From assembly GCA_002840305.1 (NCBI GenBank), contig PHAI01000003.1:134908-198907 (forward strand): DNA of 64,000 nt. Direction: 5' to 3'. Every line of letters begins with the position of its first letter. The first letter of the stretch is position 1. Of the stretch, positions 19,386 through 28,263 are shown piece by piece. Below the pieces are notes generated by a model. The model made no database searches, was not told the DNA's origin, and saw only the letters and a list, made by a program, of their open reading frames with translations. The translations under genes and the position numbers were made by a program. This stretch comes from Candidatus Falkowbacteria bacterium HGW-Falkowbacteria-1. Its GTDB lineage: Bacteria; Patescibacteriota; Patescibacteriia; Patescibacteriales; UBA12465.

Positions 19386-19415
19386 AAAAAAAGGGCGTTA
19401 AAAGCCCCTTTTTTG
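19386..19415 (+). terminator. Rho-independent terminator after ppsA
   Basis: AAAAAAGGGC-GTTAAAA-GCCCCTTTTTT hairpin with a T-run. Confidence 0.7.
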
Positions 19416-19431
19416 TTGCACTTTATTGGGC

Positions 19432-19460
19432 TTGACAAATATTTTCAAATATGCTATAAT
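19432..19460 (+). promoter_or_regulatory. Consensus extended -10 promoter (TTGACA-17-TGcTATAAT)
   Basis: TTGACA at 19432-19437, 17-bp spacer containing TG at 19452-19453, TATAAT at 19455-19460. Confidence 0.75.
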
Positions 19461-19505
19461 CTACTTGTATAATAAAAACGATCTTTGACAAACATTTTTT
19501 GCTTA

Positions 19506-19562
19506 ATTAGTTAATATTTAAAAGACTTTTAAGAAATAGAGGGCTTCTAAATATTAACTAAT
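19506..19562 (+). promoter_or_regulatory. 15-bp perfect inverted repeat in the 5' leader of the 19586 gene
   Basis: ATTAGTTAATATTTA (19506-19520) and its exact reverse complement TAAATATTAACTAAT (19548-19562), separated by 27 nt. Confidence 0.6.
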
Positions 19563-19585
19563 GTTTAATTAAAACTCAAAAAATC

Positions 19586-20323
19586 ATGAAAAGAATAGGA
19601 TTCTTACTGATAGCAGTCATGTTTATGGCCGTATCAACATTTGGACAACCTTCTTTGAAGATGGTTAAAGAACTTAACCGTCAAAGAAACACCGAAATCA
19701 AAAGAGCCGAAAAAGAAAACAAAGGCCCGATGAATTCGGAAAACAGGACAAAAGTAGTTTCTGAAATCAATGCTCGCTACGATGAGCAAGTCAAACTAGC
19801 CTTACAACAAGGCAAGGAAGAAAAAGAAGATAGCGTTATAGTCCCATTGACCAACAAAGAAGACAATGGTTCTAGAAAATTTTTAGGAGCTAATGTTGAC
19901 CTCGAAGGACAAGGAAAATTTTCTGGCAAATCTTTATCAATTGATAGAGGAGCAAACGCTTACGCTACAGTTGTAACGGCAGACGCAAATGCTTATTTGA
20001 CAAAAAAATATGCCGAAAATCTAAACTCTACCGGTGTCGTTTCTTCCAATGGCGGAATGAAAATTGTTATATCGAACGAATATCGATATGCAGATGCAAA
20101 CATTTCTGTTAAAAACAAACAAACTGGTCAAGAAATGGCAGTATTTGTTCGCAGGGGTGGAAAAACATCAATTAACCTGCTACCGGGAGAATACAGCTAC
20201 ACAGCCTCAACCAACAATGGCATGCAGGCCTCCAATACAAAGAACTTTGTGTTAAAACTAAACAATTATTATGAATTTGACGGAGAACGCGTGGGATATT
20301 ACCTCGTAATCGGATCAAGATAA
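19586..20323 (+). CDS. Secreted protein of unknown function
   Basis: 245 aa with signal peptide 'MKRIGFLLIAVMFMAVSTFGQP'. No recognisable family. Has its own consensus promoter and terminator. Confidence 0.6.
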   Translation: MKRIGFLLIAVMFMAVSTFGQPSLKMVKELNRQRNTEIKRAEKENKGPMNSENRTKVVSEINARYDEQVKLALQQGKEEKEDSVIVPLTNKEDNGSRKFLGANVDLEGQGKFSGKSLSIDRGANAYATVVTADANAYLTKKYAENLNSTGVVSSNGGMKIVISNEYRYADANISVKNKQTGQEMAVFVRRGGKTSINLLPGEYSYTASTNNGMQASNTKNFVLKLNNYYEFDGERVGYYLVIGSR

Positions 20324-20340
20324 TTGCTTCTTCTAAACAC

Positions 20341-20371
20341 AAAAAGCGCTTCTAAACAAAGCGCTTTTTTT
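20341..20371. terminator. Bidirectional terminator between the 19586 gene and the pilin array
   Basis: AAAGCGCT (20343-20350) pairs with AGCGCTTT (20360-20367), followed by a T-run. Confidence 0.8.
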
Positions 20372-20397
20372 ATTAATGAAAATAATATTTACTACAT

Positions 20398-20850
20398 TTA
20401 TAGATTTTGAGGGTCAGTGGTCTGAACTTGATTCGAACCACCCGGTAAGTTCTTAAATATAAAAGCCGTAATCGCGTAAGCCATAACAACTATAATAATT
20501 CCAATAACTGCGTTTTTTATTCTACCCTTGGCCGTTGTAATTTGCTCTTCGTTTCCACCGGCCATCATCCACTGATATCCACTAAAAATCATTAAAATCA
20601 AAAAAATTATGCCCAAAAGAGACAGGGCTGTCTTAATTATGCTGGCAACTATGTTTTTAGCTTCAGCCGATTGTAACCCTGAAGTGCCCCTAAAAGCATC
20701 CGCTTGGCCCTTTATGTTGCTAGCGGCCGGCGCAGGAACATACCCAGGATTTGGCTTTGGATTTTCCTGAGCATTAACAAAAGAGACCGAAGTAAACAAA
20801 ATTGTTAAAATTATTAAAAAATTCAAAAAAAACAAAGCTTTAATTTTCAT
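20398..20850 (-). CDS. VirB2/TrbC-like pilin paralogue 1
   Basis: Signal peptide (...VNAQE), variable region, then TM1 - 'SGYQWMMAGGNEEQITTAKGRIKNAVIGIIIVVMAYA' - TM2 hairpin. Confidence 0.7.
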   Translation of the reverse strand: MKIKALFFLNFLIILTILFTSVSFVNAQENPKPNPGYVPAPAASNIKGQADAFRGTSGLQSAEAKNIVASIIKTALSLLGIIFLILMIFSGYQWMMAGGNEEQITTAKGRIKNAVIGIIIVVMAYAITAFIFKNLPGGSNQVQTTDPQNL

Positions 20851-20868
20851 AAGAATATATTTAGCAAA

Positions 20869-21261
20869 TTAAATTTTATCTAATAAATATTTCTCTATTA
20901 TCATCCAAAGGGCATACGAAGAAATAACGATGATTAAACCAATGACCGCATTTTTTATTCTACCTTGAGCGCTTTTAACGCTTTCTTCGTTTCCACCCGC
21001 CGTCATCCATCTATAACCACCGATAATTATTAAAATCATAAAAACAACACCGAGAAGTGACAGAACAGTATTAACAACGCTACCAATGGTTTTTGCTAAA
21101 GTGAGCTCGTCTGTGTCAGAAGAAAACCCGGCAACGGTTCCTGCTTGTTGGAGTCTCCCAGTCACACTACTGTCACTAATTTGGGCCAAAGCGAAAAAGG
21201 GTAAAACCAAAATCAAGGTTAAGAAGCAGACAAAAGCGAATTGTTTCAAAAATTTTTTCAT
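20869..21261 (-). CDS. VirB2/TrbC-like pilin paralogue 2
   Basis: Signal peptide, then 'GGYRWMTAGGNEESVKSAQGRIKNAVIGLIIVISSYA'. Confidence 0.7.
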   Translation of the reverse strand: MKKFLKQFAFVCFLTLILVLPFFALAQISDSSVTGRLQQAGTVAGFSSDTDELTLAKTIGSVVNTVLSLLGVVFMILIIIGGYRWMTAGGNEESVKSAQGRIKNAVIGLIIVISSYALWMIIEKYLLDKI

Positions 21262-21308
21262 AAATTTTTATATATATAATTTTTATAATTAAAAATATGC
21301 AAACCATT

Positions 21309-21722
21309 CTAATTGGGCAGGGTGAGACCTTGATTAACAAAAATATTTAAAATTAACCAACTCAAACCATAAGAAATTAAAACCACCAGCACTCCCACTG
21401 TGGCATGTTTTATTATTCTTTGAGCCTTTTCTACTTGTTGATCGTTGCCAGAAGCGGTCATCCACAAAACTCCACCATAAATAACATAAGCTAAAAAAAT
21501 AATTCCTAAAAAACTTAAAATAGCAGAAATAACAATACCAACAACGCCCTCCACGCTTTGAGTGTTAGCACTAACATTAAAGCCCATCTTAGACGCTGAC
21601 CAGCCAACCTTTGAAGGCTTAAAAGCGCTAGATAAATTTCCGGAAGCAAAAACATTCTGAACAAAAAAACAAAATAAGAATAAAAGAGGGATAATAAATT
21701 TTACATTTTTATGATTTTTCAT
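21309..21722 (-). CDS. VirB2/TrbC-like pilin paralogue 3
   Basis: Signal peptide, then 'GGVLWMTASGNDQQVEKAQRIIKHATVGVLVVLISYG'. Confidence 0.7.
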   Translation of the reverse strand: MKNHKNVKFIIPLLFLFCFFVQNVFASGNLSSAFKPSKVGWSASKMGFNVSANTQSVEGVVGIVISAILSFLGIIFLAYVIYGGVLWMTASGNDQQVEKAQRIIKHATVGVLVVLISYGLSWLILNIFVNQGLTLPN

Positions 21723-21731
21723 TTGAAAAAA

Positions 21732-22145
21732 TTATTGAAAACTAAACGACCTTATAACCAAAATACTAATGGCGTAAGCACTGACAATAATAACTAGTCC
21801 TATTATTGATTCCGTTATTATTTTTTTGGCTCTATCTACTTGTTGATCGTTGCCCGCAGCCGTCATCCACAAGATTCCACCATATACCAAAAGTATCATA
21901 AAAACAATACCAATAAAGGAAACCACTACTTGTATTATAATACCGACCTCAATGCTAATAGACTCACTAGGGTCAAAACTCAAGCTAGTTTCGCTAGTTA
22001 TGTGCCCAGTTTCTAATGCCGCAGGAGCCAGGCCACTATCTTTCGTAAAATCATACCCAGCATCATCCTGAGCAAAAACAAAAAACGGCGCAAACAAAAA
22101 CAGCGTTAACAGAGAAATTAAAATTGAATACTTCTTGAAAATCAT
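21732..22145 (-). CDS. VirB2/TrbC-like pilin paralogue 4
   Basis: 'GGILWMTAAGNDQQVDRAKKIITESIIGLVIIVSAYA'. I place the start at ATG 22145 (MIFKKYSIL..., a signal peptide) rather than 22205, which overlaps the upstream gene. Confidence 0.7.
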   Translation of the reverse strand: MIFKKYSILISLLTLFLFAPFFVFAQDDAGYDFTKDSGLAPAALETGHITSETSLSFDPSESISIEVGIIIQVVVSFIGIVFMILLVYGGILWMTAAGNDQQVDRAKKIITESIIGLVIIVSAYAISILVIRSFSFQ

Positions 22146-22156
22146 ATTAAAAAAAC

Positions 22157-22762
22157 CTAATCTTGGCAATCTCCGGAAACAGGTCCGAGACGACAACAAC
22201 GACACGCTGGCGAGCTATAAAGATCAAAATCAAAACTATTATCGCTAAAACACACAGGGCATTGCAGCTGTTCAGGGGTCAAAAATTCTTCTTCGGGAGG
22301 AAGACCCTCTTCGGATGGGAGAATCTCTTCAAGGGACCCCTCGGGTACTTCTCCGGGCGGTGACGTTGAATCAAAAGTCGGTTTCGTTAATTGCGCTCCT
22401 ATAAATTGAACTAAAATAAAAGAAATAAATACAATCACGATTCCTACGGCCGCCCAAACCATTACGTTTCTAGACTTTACCACCTGTTGATCGTTGCCGG
22501 AAGCTGTCATCCATAAAAGACCACCATAAATCATTAAAATTAAAAACAACAAGCCAACAAAAGACAGAAGAACTCCCGTAACACCACCAAGCTTATCAAC
22601 TAAATAACCCCCGGCATCAGAACCGACTGGTCTAAAGGCCTGTTCAAGTTTTCCCTGCTTAGAGGTGACATTTAGACCATAATCAATCGACTTGGCCGAA
22701 ACGAAAGAAAAACAAAAAAATATGGAAAACAACGATAAAAGCAAAAAAAGTTTTATTTTCAT
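22157..22762 (-). CDS. VirB2/TrbC-like pilin paralogue 5 with Pro/Glu linker and six-Cys C-terminal module
   Basis: Pilin core 'GGLLWMTASGNDQQVVKSRNVMVWAAVGIVIVFISF'. A 75-aa extension follows: 'PPGEVPEGSLEEILPSEEGLPPEEE...CPVC...ACRCCRLGPVSGDCQD'. Confidence 0.7.
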   Translation of the reverse strand: MKIKLFLLLSLFSIFFCFSFVSAKSIDYGLNVTSKQGKLEQAFRPVGSDAGGYLVDKLGGVTGVLLSFVGLLFLILMIYGGLLWMTASGNDQQVVKSRNVMVWAAVGIVIVFISFILVQFIGAQLTKPTFDSTSPPGEVPEGSLEEILPSEEGLPPEEEFLTPEQLQCPVCFSDNSFDFDLYSSPACRCCRLGPVSGDCQD

Positions 22763-22813
22763 ATTTAATATATTTTTTTATTTTATTATTTTTTATTACT
22801 ACACATTCTTGAT

Positions 22814-23221
22814 TTATTCCGAAGAACTAGGGAAAAAAACTCCACCGATGAGATTAGTGATGGCATAAGCAGACAGAACTATGACCAAGCCTATAATTGC
22901 CTGAATGATTAAACTTTTTGCCTTTTCTGTTTGTTGTTCGTTTCCTCTGGCCGTCATCCATAAAAGGCCGCCATAGATTATCAGAACCATAAAAAGAACT
23001 CCAATAAAAGAAAGAATTGATCCAATTATTAAGCCGATTCTACCAGACAAATAAAAACTAGAGTTATTTTCATATTTGTTAACTTCTTCGGTGTTAAAAG
23101 CGCCTTTTAAATCCGCCTTATTGTTCACAACGTCGTCTAGCCCCCAACTTCCAGCAGCACTAACAGTTCTAGAAGAAAACAAAAGAAAAACTAAAAAAAT
23201 GAATATCTTAAATTTTTTCAT
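22814..23221 (-). CDS. VirB2/TrbC-like pilin paralogue 6
   Basis: 'GGLLWMTARGNEQQTEKAKSLIIQAIIGLVIVLSAYA'. Start placed at ATG 23221 (MKKFKIFIF...). Confidence 0.7.
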   Translation of the reverse strand: MKKFKIFIFLVFLLFSSRTVSAAGSWGLDDVVNNKADLKGAFNTEEVNKYENNSSFYLSGRIGLIIGSILSFIGVLFMVLIIYGGLLWMTARGNEQQTEKAKSLIIQAIIGLVIVLSAYAITNLIGGVFFPSSSE

Positions 23222-23266
23222 AAAGAAAACCATTATTCTCGACACAATAATTTATGCCGAGAAGAA

Positions 23267-23291
23267 TGGTGCCTACAAAAAATAGGCACCA
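23267..23291 (-). terminator. Strong hairpin downstream of the first pilin gene
   Basis: TGGTGCCTA (23267-23275) and TAGGCACCA (23283-23291) form a perfect 9-bp stem with a 7-nt loop. On the minus strand a T-rich stretch follows. Confidence 0.55.
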
Positions 23292-23323
23292 ATTTCTAAA
23301 ATCGAGTCTAGAAACTAAAGAAC

Positions 23324-23707
23324 TTATTGTGTCTGCTGCATTAATGCGTTTAATACGAAAGTTGTTATTCCCCAAGCTGCTAAAATTATAACCAAACCGA
23401 CAACGCCAGCTCCTAATAATTTTTTAGCTTCAGAAATTTTTTCTTCATTACCAGCGGCAGTCATCCATTTAAAACCTCCAAGCAATACTATAACAACAGC
23501 TACTATACCAAGTAGAGTCAAAACTGTGTTTATAATACCAGCGGCCATAGTTCTTGGATCTTTGTTTCCCAAAGCAATACCATTATCACCACCAACGAAG
23601 TTTAAACCGAAAGTGTCGTTAGCACCAGCATTGTTAGGTAAAGCCAATGTTATAATAGGCAAAACAAACAAAGCTACAAGTAAAAAACTAATAATTTTTT
23701 TCTTCAT
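23324..23707 (-). CDS. VirB2/TrbC-like pilin paralogue 7 (first gene of the array; candidate major subunit)
   Basis: Signal peptide, short variable region, then 'GGFKWMTAAGNEEKISEAKKLLGAGVVGLVIILAAWG'. The shortest paralogue, and it is followed by its own hairpin. Confidence 0.7.
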   Translation of the reverse strand: MKKKIISFLLVALFVLPIITLALPNNAGANDTFGLNFVGGDNGIALGNKDPRTMAAGIINTVLTLLGIVAVVIVLLGGFKWMTAAGNEEKISEAKKLLGAGVVGLVIILAAWGITTFVLNALMQQTQ

Positions 23708-23806
23708 AGAGTCACCACCTTTCTAGTTTCTAATTTTTATACTAAAATAATAACATACATTTTAAAAAATAACAATATTTGATACAATGATATTGAACTA
23801 AAAAAT

Positions 23807-25453
23807 ATGGCCAAAATCAAATTCACTAAAGTGTTTACAATAGTCTTTTATATCCTCATATTTTTCTTGCTATTAAAAAACTCATTGAATTATCTCGACC
23901 CGGATCTTGGCTGGCACCTAAAAGCTGGGGAGGAAGTAGCCATCAGCAAGAACGTAAACAGCATAAATCATTATAACTACGTCTTTGAAAGTGGCGATAC
24001 CTGGGTTAATCATGAATGGCTCTCAGATTTTATACTTTTTTCAGTTTATGACAATTACCCTTATTTATTCTTAAACATAATTTTCGCATTAATAATAATC
24101 TTGGTTTTAGTGCTTGCTAAAAACTTTATAATAAATAATTTTACCAAAGACAAACATTCTGTTTATATTGTTTTGCTCTTAAGCCTCTTCGGAGTGATAG
24201 CATCAAAACCACATCTCGGGATAAGAATACAAGAAGTAAGTCTGTTGTTTTTATTTATAGAAATTACAATCTTACACTTATTCGAAAAAAGAAGCGTTGA
24301 AAACAAGAAAAACAACTGGACAATTCTTTTTTGTTTAATTCCTCTTCTTTTTCTTTGGGCCAATATGCATGCTGGCTTTCTTTTGGGAATTTTTGTTCTA
24401 TTTTTTTATTGTGGTTTAAAGATATTTGAAAAAATAATATACAATTTTAGAAACCAAACCCCATTAATCGAAAAATTCTCAAAATTTTTTACTTTTAATA
24501 CCATCCTGGAGAACAAGGATGTGAAAATATTTTTTGTTTTTACAATTTTGGCCAGCCTCTCTACGGCACTAACCCCCTATGGACTTAATTTGTTCGAATT
24601 TTTAAGCTCATACCAAAATACTGCCTACTTAAAAATAATTTCCGAATGGTTACCACAATATTATTATCCTTTTTCATATTGGCAAATAATTTATATTGGA
24701 GTAACCATGGCTTTTTTGATTTATTCTTTCTTTATTGAAAAAAATAAAAAAGATATAAACAATTTGTGGAATTTTTTTATTATTTTGTTGTTTGTTGTTT
24801 TATCAATAAAATCAAAGAGACATTTTCCCTTGTTATTTATAGTCTCGCTCCCTTTTTTATCGACGGTTCTATATAACGAAATAAGCCCAATACTAAAGAA
24901 CATAAGCATTAGAAAAACAAAAATAGACAATTTTATAAAGGTATATCTATTCTTACTCTTCGCCTGTGCTATATCATCTATAATATTGAGCACTAAAAAA
25001 ATAGAAGATCCATTCACTTATTTTTGTGACCGATACCCTTGTCAAGCCTTAGAATTTTTGCAAAAAGACAAAAATCTTGAAAACGCCAGAATATTTAACG
25101 AATATAGCTGGGGTGGCTATTTAATTCATCAATGGCCAGAAAAAAAACTTTTTATTGACGGTCGCTTACCGCAAAAAAAAATAAAAGATCATAGCTACGT
25201 AGAGGAATACAAGCTCTTTTTCTCTGAAGAAAAAACAATAAGCGAATTAATAAATGAATATCAGATAGAGTTGTTCCTAATAGGGAACCAAGAAAAAAAG
25301 ATAAAAATAAATTGGATAGACAAAAACATTTTTGGAATAAAAGAAGAAAAAGTAAAAGATGACAAAAATAATTTAATAAATTTCTTAGAAAAAAATGATC
25401 AATTTGAAAAAATATATGAAGACAAGGTTGGCCTTATCTATCATAAATTATAA
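23807..25453 (+). CDS. Large polytopic membrane protein, possible GT-C-fold glycosyltransferase
   Basis: 548 aa with more than 10 TM helices and a soluble C-terminal domain. No family motif that I can name with confidence. Confidence 0.35.
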   Translation: MAKIKFTKVFTIVFYILIFFLLLKNSLNYLDPDLGWHLKAGEEVAISKNVNSINHYNYVFESGDTWVNHEWLSDFILFSVYDNYPYLFLNIIFALIIILVLVLAKNFIINNFTKDKHSVYIVLLLSLFGVIASKPHLGIRIQEVSLLFLFIEITILHLFEKRSVENKKNNWTILFCLIPLLFLWANMHAGFLLGIFVLFFYCGLKIFEKIIYNFRNQTPLIEKFSKFFTFNTILENKDVKIFFVFTILASLSTALTPYGLNLFEFLSSYQNTAYLKIISEWLPQYYYPFSYWQIIYIGVTMAFLIYSFFIEKNKKDINNLWNFFIILLFVVLSIKSKRHFPLLFIVSLPFLSTVLYNEISPILKNISIRKTKIDNFIKVYLFLLFACAISSIILSTKKIEDPFTYFCDRYPCQALEFLQKDKNLENARIFNEYSWGGYLIHQWPEKKLFIDGRLPQKKIKDHSYVEEYKLFFSEEKTISELINEYQIELFLIGNQEKKIKINWIDKNIFGIKEEKVKDDKNNLINFLEKNDQFEKIYEDKVGLIYHKL

Positions 25454-26819
25454 AAAACATAGATTCGAAATATTATATTATTTTCTCTTACTATTATTAA
25501 GCATCTTTTTCCACTATGGACACGCCTTAAATGCTGACGAGGGCGTCGTCTTAAATGGAGCCTGGAATCTTTTAAATAATCAGAGACTATACATTGATTT
25601 TGTTGAAATTATTCCCCCTGGAAGCTTCTACTTAATATACTGGGGATTCAAAATATTCGGGGCCGAATATTATGTGGCCAACATTATCAGCTTATTACTT
25701 GTTTTTGGATCCGCTATCGGCATATACAAATCATTAAATTTAATCAAAAAACAACAATTTAATTTATTGCTTCCAATCATTTTTGTATTATCACTCGCCG
25801 GGCTACCAATAATCAATCATAATTTATACAATAGCTTTTTTATTATTTGGGCTGTTTATTTTTTTATCTTGGGGTTAAACAAAGAAAAAACGCTACCATT
25901 CTGCATGTCTGGTTTTTTTGGCGGTCTAGCTATTATTTTCCTACAACAAAAAGGACTTGCCTTTTGGGCAGCGTCAATTTTATTTCTATTCATATATTGG
26001 ATCATAAAAAAAGAAAAAGAGTATTTTATAAAAATAATAAACTACGTTATTTTTTCATTAATACCAATTTTAGTTGTTCTTTTAAGTTGGCCAATCAACA
26101 TTCTATACCATAATTTAATAACCTTTCCAATGTTTAACTATTGGGACGTTAACAAGACTCCTTTGTATGTATTTTTCATTGTCTTGTTAATTTTTTTATA
26201 CTTTCTTTACCAATTAAAAAATAAATCTCAAGAGATCAGCTACTTACTATTTATTCAATTTTTTCTATTAATGACAACACTGCCGCTTCCAGACTTCTAT
26301 CACGTCGTTCTAATTGTTTTTCCCCTATTAATTTTAAGTCCGACGCTATACTCCGTTCATAATCGTTGGCATAAAACAACAGTGGTCATTATTCTACTGG
26401 CATTTACTGTTTTGAGATTTTTATACACCCTTCCAACGTTTGAGTTTTTCTACAACTACAAAAAAGATAATCCCAATTGGATGGAATATATAAAAAAAGA
26501 ATGTCCAGGAAAGTATATTTATAGCGCCCCCTTTTTCCCAAACCTATATTTCGAAACTAAAAAAATTAATGCCACTCCATTTGGACTCTTGATTGAGGGC
26601 TATTCGACCAAAGAGCAATTTGGTGAAGCATTGATATCTTTTAAAAGAAACAACCCTGATTGCGCCGTTTTGATTTATTATCCAAGCATCGAAAACAAAT
26701 TCAAACATCAAGGAAAAAATGTTTTGGAAACCTACATTATAAATAACTATGAATTTATTTCTAACGAAAATGACATATCCATTTATAAGAATAGAAATAT
26801 TTACTACCAAAATGAATAA
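25395..26819 (+). CDS. Polytopic membrane protein, ArnT/PMT-like (GT-C) glycosyltransferase candidate
   Basis: 474 aa. Acidic 'NADEG' motif in the first extracytoplasmic loop after TM1, as in GT-C enzymes, then about 11 TM helices. The start may be the ATG at 25416. Confidence 0.4.
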   Translation: MINLKKYMKTRLALSIINYKKHRFEILYYFLLLLLSIFFHYGHALNADEGVVLNGAWNLLNNQRLYIDFVEIIPPGSFYLIYWGFKIFGAEYYVANIISLLLVFGSAIGIYKSLNLIKKQQFNLLLPIIFVLSLAGLPIINHNLYNSFFIIWAVYFFILGLNKEKTLPFCMSGFFGGLAIIFLQQKGLAFWAASILFLFIYWIIKKEKEYFIKIINYVIFSLIPILVVLLSWPINILYHNLITFPMFNYWDVNKTPLYVFFIVLLIFLYFLYQLKNKSQEISYLLFIQFFLLMTTLPLPDFYHVVLIVFPLLILSPTLYSVHNRWHKTTVVIILLAFTVLRFLYTLPTFEFFYNYKKDNPNWMEYIKKECPGKYIYSAPFFPNLYFETKKINATPFGLLIEGYSTKEQFGEALISFKRNNPDCAVLIYYPSIENKFKHQGKNVLETYIINNYEFISNENDISIYKNRNIYYQNE

Positions 26820-26856
26820 TGGTAGATAGAAATAAGCGCCTAGAATAGCAAAATAT

Positions 26857-28212
26857 ATGAAAACAAAAATGATTACATTTTTCACGCTAGCCAATCTGAA
26901 AAAAAATAAAATAGAGCTATTACTAATTGTCTATTCTGCACTATGGCTTTTTTTCTATTTGGTAGAACCCATTAGAAAAAAAATACTGCGCGAAGAAAGC
27001 CAAACTTTACAAAACAATTCTTTATTCATCATTATTGGCTTATCATTACTTGTTTTGTTGATTTTTTATTTTTTCATTTTTTTAGAAATAAAAAAAAGGG
27101 TTAACTTAAATTTCAAAAAAATATTTTTTATAAGTATCATTGTGAATCTATTCTTGCTCTTTGTTTGGCCAATAGCATCCTGCGATCTTTTTCATTATAT
27201 ACAACACGGTAGAGTCCTTGGGGTTTTTAGAGAAAATCCTTACACAAACTCTTACTCTAATTTTAATCATGATCCATTCTTCAATAAGCTCGAAAACAAA
27301 TTAATGACCCTAAAGTCTCCGTATGGGCCCCTTTTTATAATTATAAACGGCGCAATTTCACTAATTTCTAAAAACAACATAACCTTGAACCTATTTTTGC
27401 TAAAGTTTTTCTTTGTGGTCTTAAATATATTCACCGGATATTTTATATACAAAATAAGCAAAAATATTGTTTCTTTCTATTTATACGCTTTTAATCCCCT
27501 GATTTTATTTGAATTTTCTATCAACGGACATAACGACATTCTGCTAATATTTTTTATTATAGCCTTCTTTTTATTTTATAAAAAAAGTGGCATAAAAAAT
27601 AATTTAATATCTTTCACGTTTTTAGTCTTGTCATTTTTAACAAAATTTATACCCATTATTTTTTTGCCAATTTTTATTCTAACCGTACTTTCAAAGTTAA
27701 AAACTAACAAGGAAAGAATATATTTTTCCTTGGCATCGTTGTTAATCTTCTCTTTATTAACAATTGCTTTGTACGGACCATTTATAAAGAGTCCCGAAGA
27801 CATAATAAGGCCAATGATACTCCAATCAAAAACAATAGGGATATTTATGTCCCCTTTGATTATTTTGCTAATTGGCATTCTTAGAAAAATAACAACAAAT
27901 CCCATCCCGGCCTCTATAATTATCGGGAAAATAGCTTTTGTCATTTTTTATTTTTTTGTTATAATAAAAATAATCAAAAACAAATTTAAACAAAAAAACG
28001 AGAAAGAAGAAAATATCTATGAACTTTTTGGAATAACCATCTTGTTTTTTTATTTAAGTTTCTTTTCTTGGTTAATGCCCTGGTATTTCACTTCGATAAT
28101 ATTAATATTTGCCTTAAATTACTGTTTTCGGCCAAAACAACAATACTTATCCTTACTCGCTATTTTTGGATCAACTTTTTATGGTCTCCTTTATTATCTT
28201 TTTTTAAGGTAA
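26857..28212 (+). CDS. Polytopic membrane protein, DUF2029/GT87-like glycosyltransferase candidate
   Basis: 451 aa with many TM helices. 'ASCDLFHYIQHG' acidic/His first-loop motif. Confidence 0.35.
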   Translation: MKTKMITFFTLANLKKNKIELLLIVYSALWLFFYLVEPIRKKILREESQTLQNNSLFIIIGLSLLVLLIFYFFIFLEIKKRVNLNFKKIFFISIIVNLFLLFVWPIASCDLFHYIQHGRVLGVFRENPYTNSYSNFNHDPFFNKLENKLMTLKSPYGPLFIIINGAISLISKNNITLNLFLLKFFFVVLNIFTGYFIYKISKNIVSFYLYAFNPLILFEFSINGHNDILLIFFIIAFFLFYKKSGIKNNLISFTFLVLSFLTKFIPIIFLPIFILTVLSKLKTNKERIYFSLASLLIFSLLTIALYGPFIKSPEDIIRPMILQSKTIGIFMSPLIILLIGILRKITTNPIPASIIIGKIAFVIFYFFVIIKIIKNKFKQKNEKEENIYELFGITILFFYLSFFSWLMPWYFTSIILIFALNYCFRPKQQYLSLLAIFGSTFYGLLYYLFLR

Positions 28213-28263
28213 TAAAACAAAAAAACGTTGCCAAATCTTAGCATTTATCCAATAATCAAAAAT

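Noticed and set aside
20064-23726. Plus-strand ORFs opposite or within the pilin locus (20064-20255, 21086-21292, 21850-22071, 22163-22363, 23076-23285, 23526-23726)
   Set aside because: These are shadows of, or an alternate frame within, well-patterned signal-peptide/pilin ORFs.
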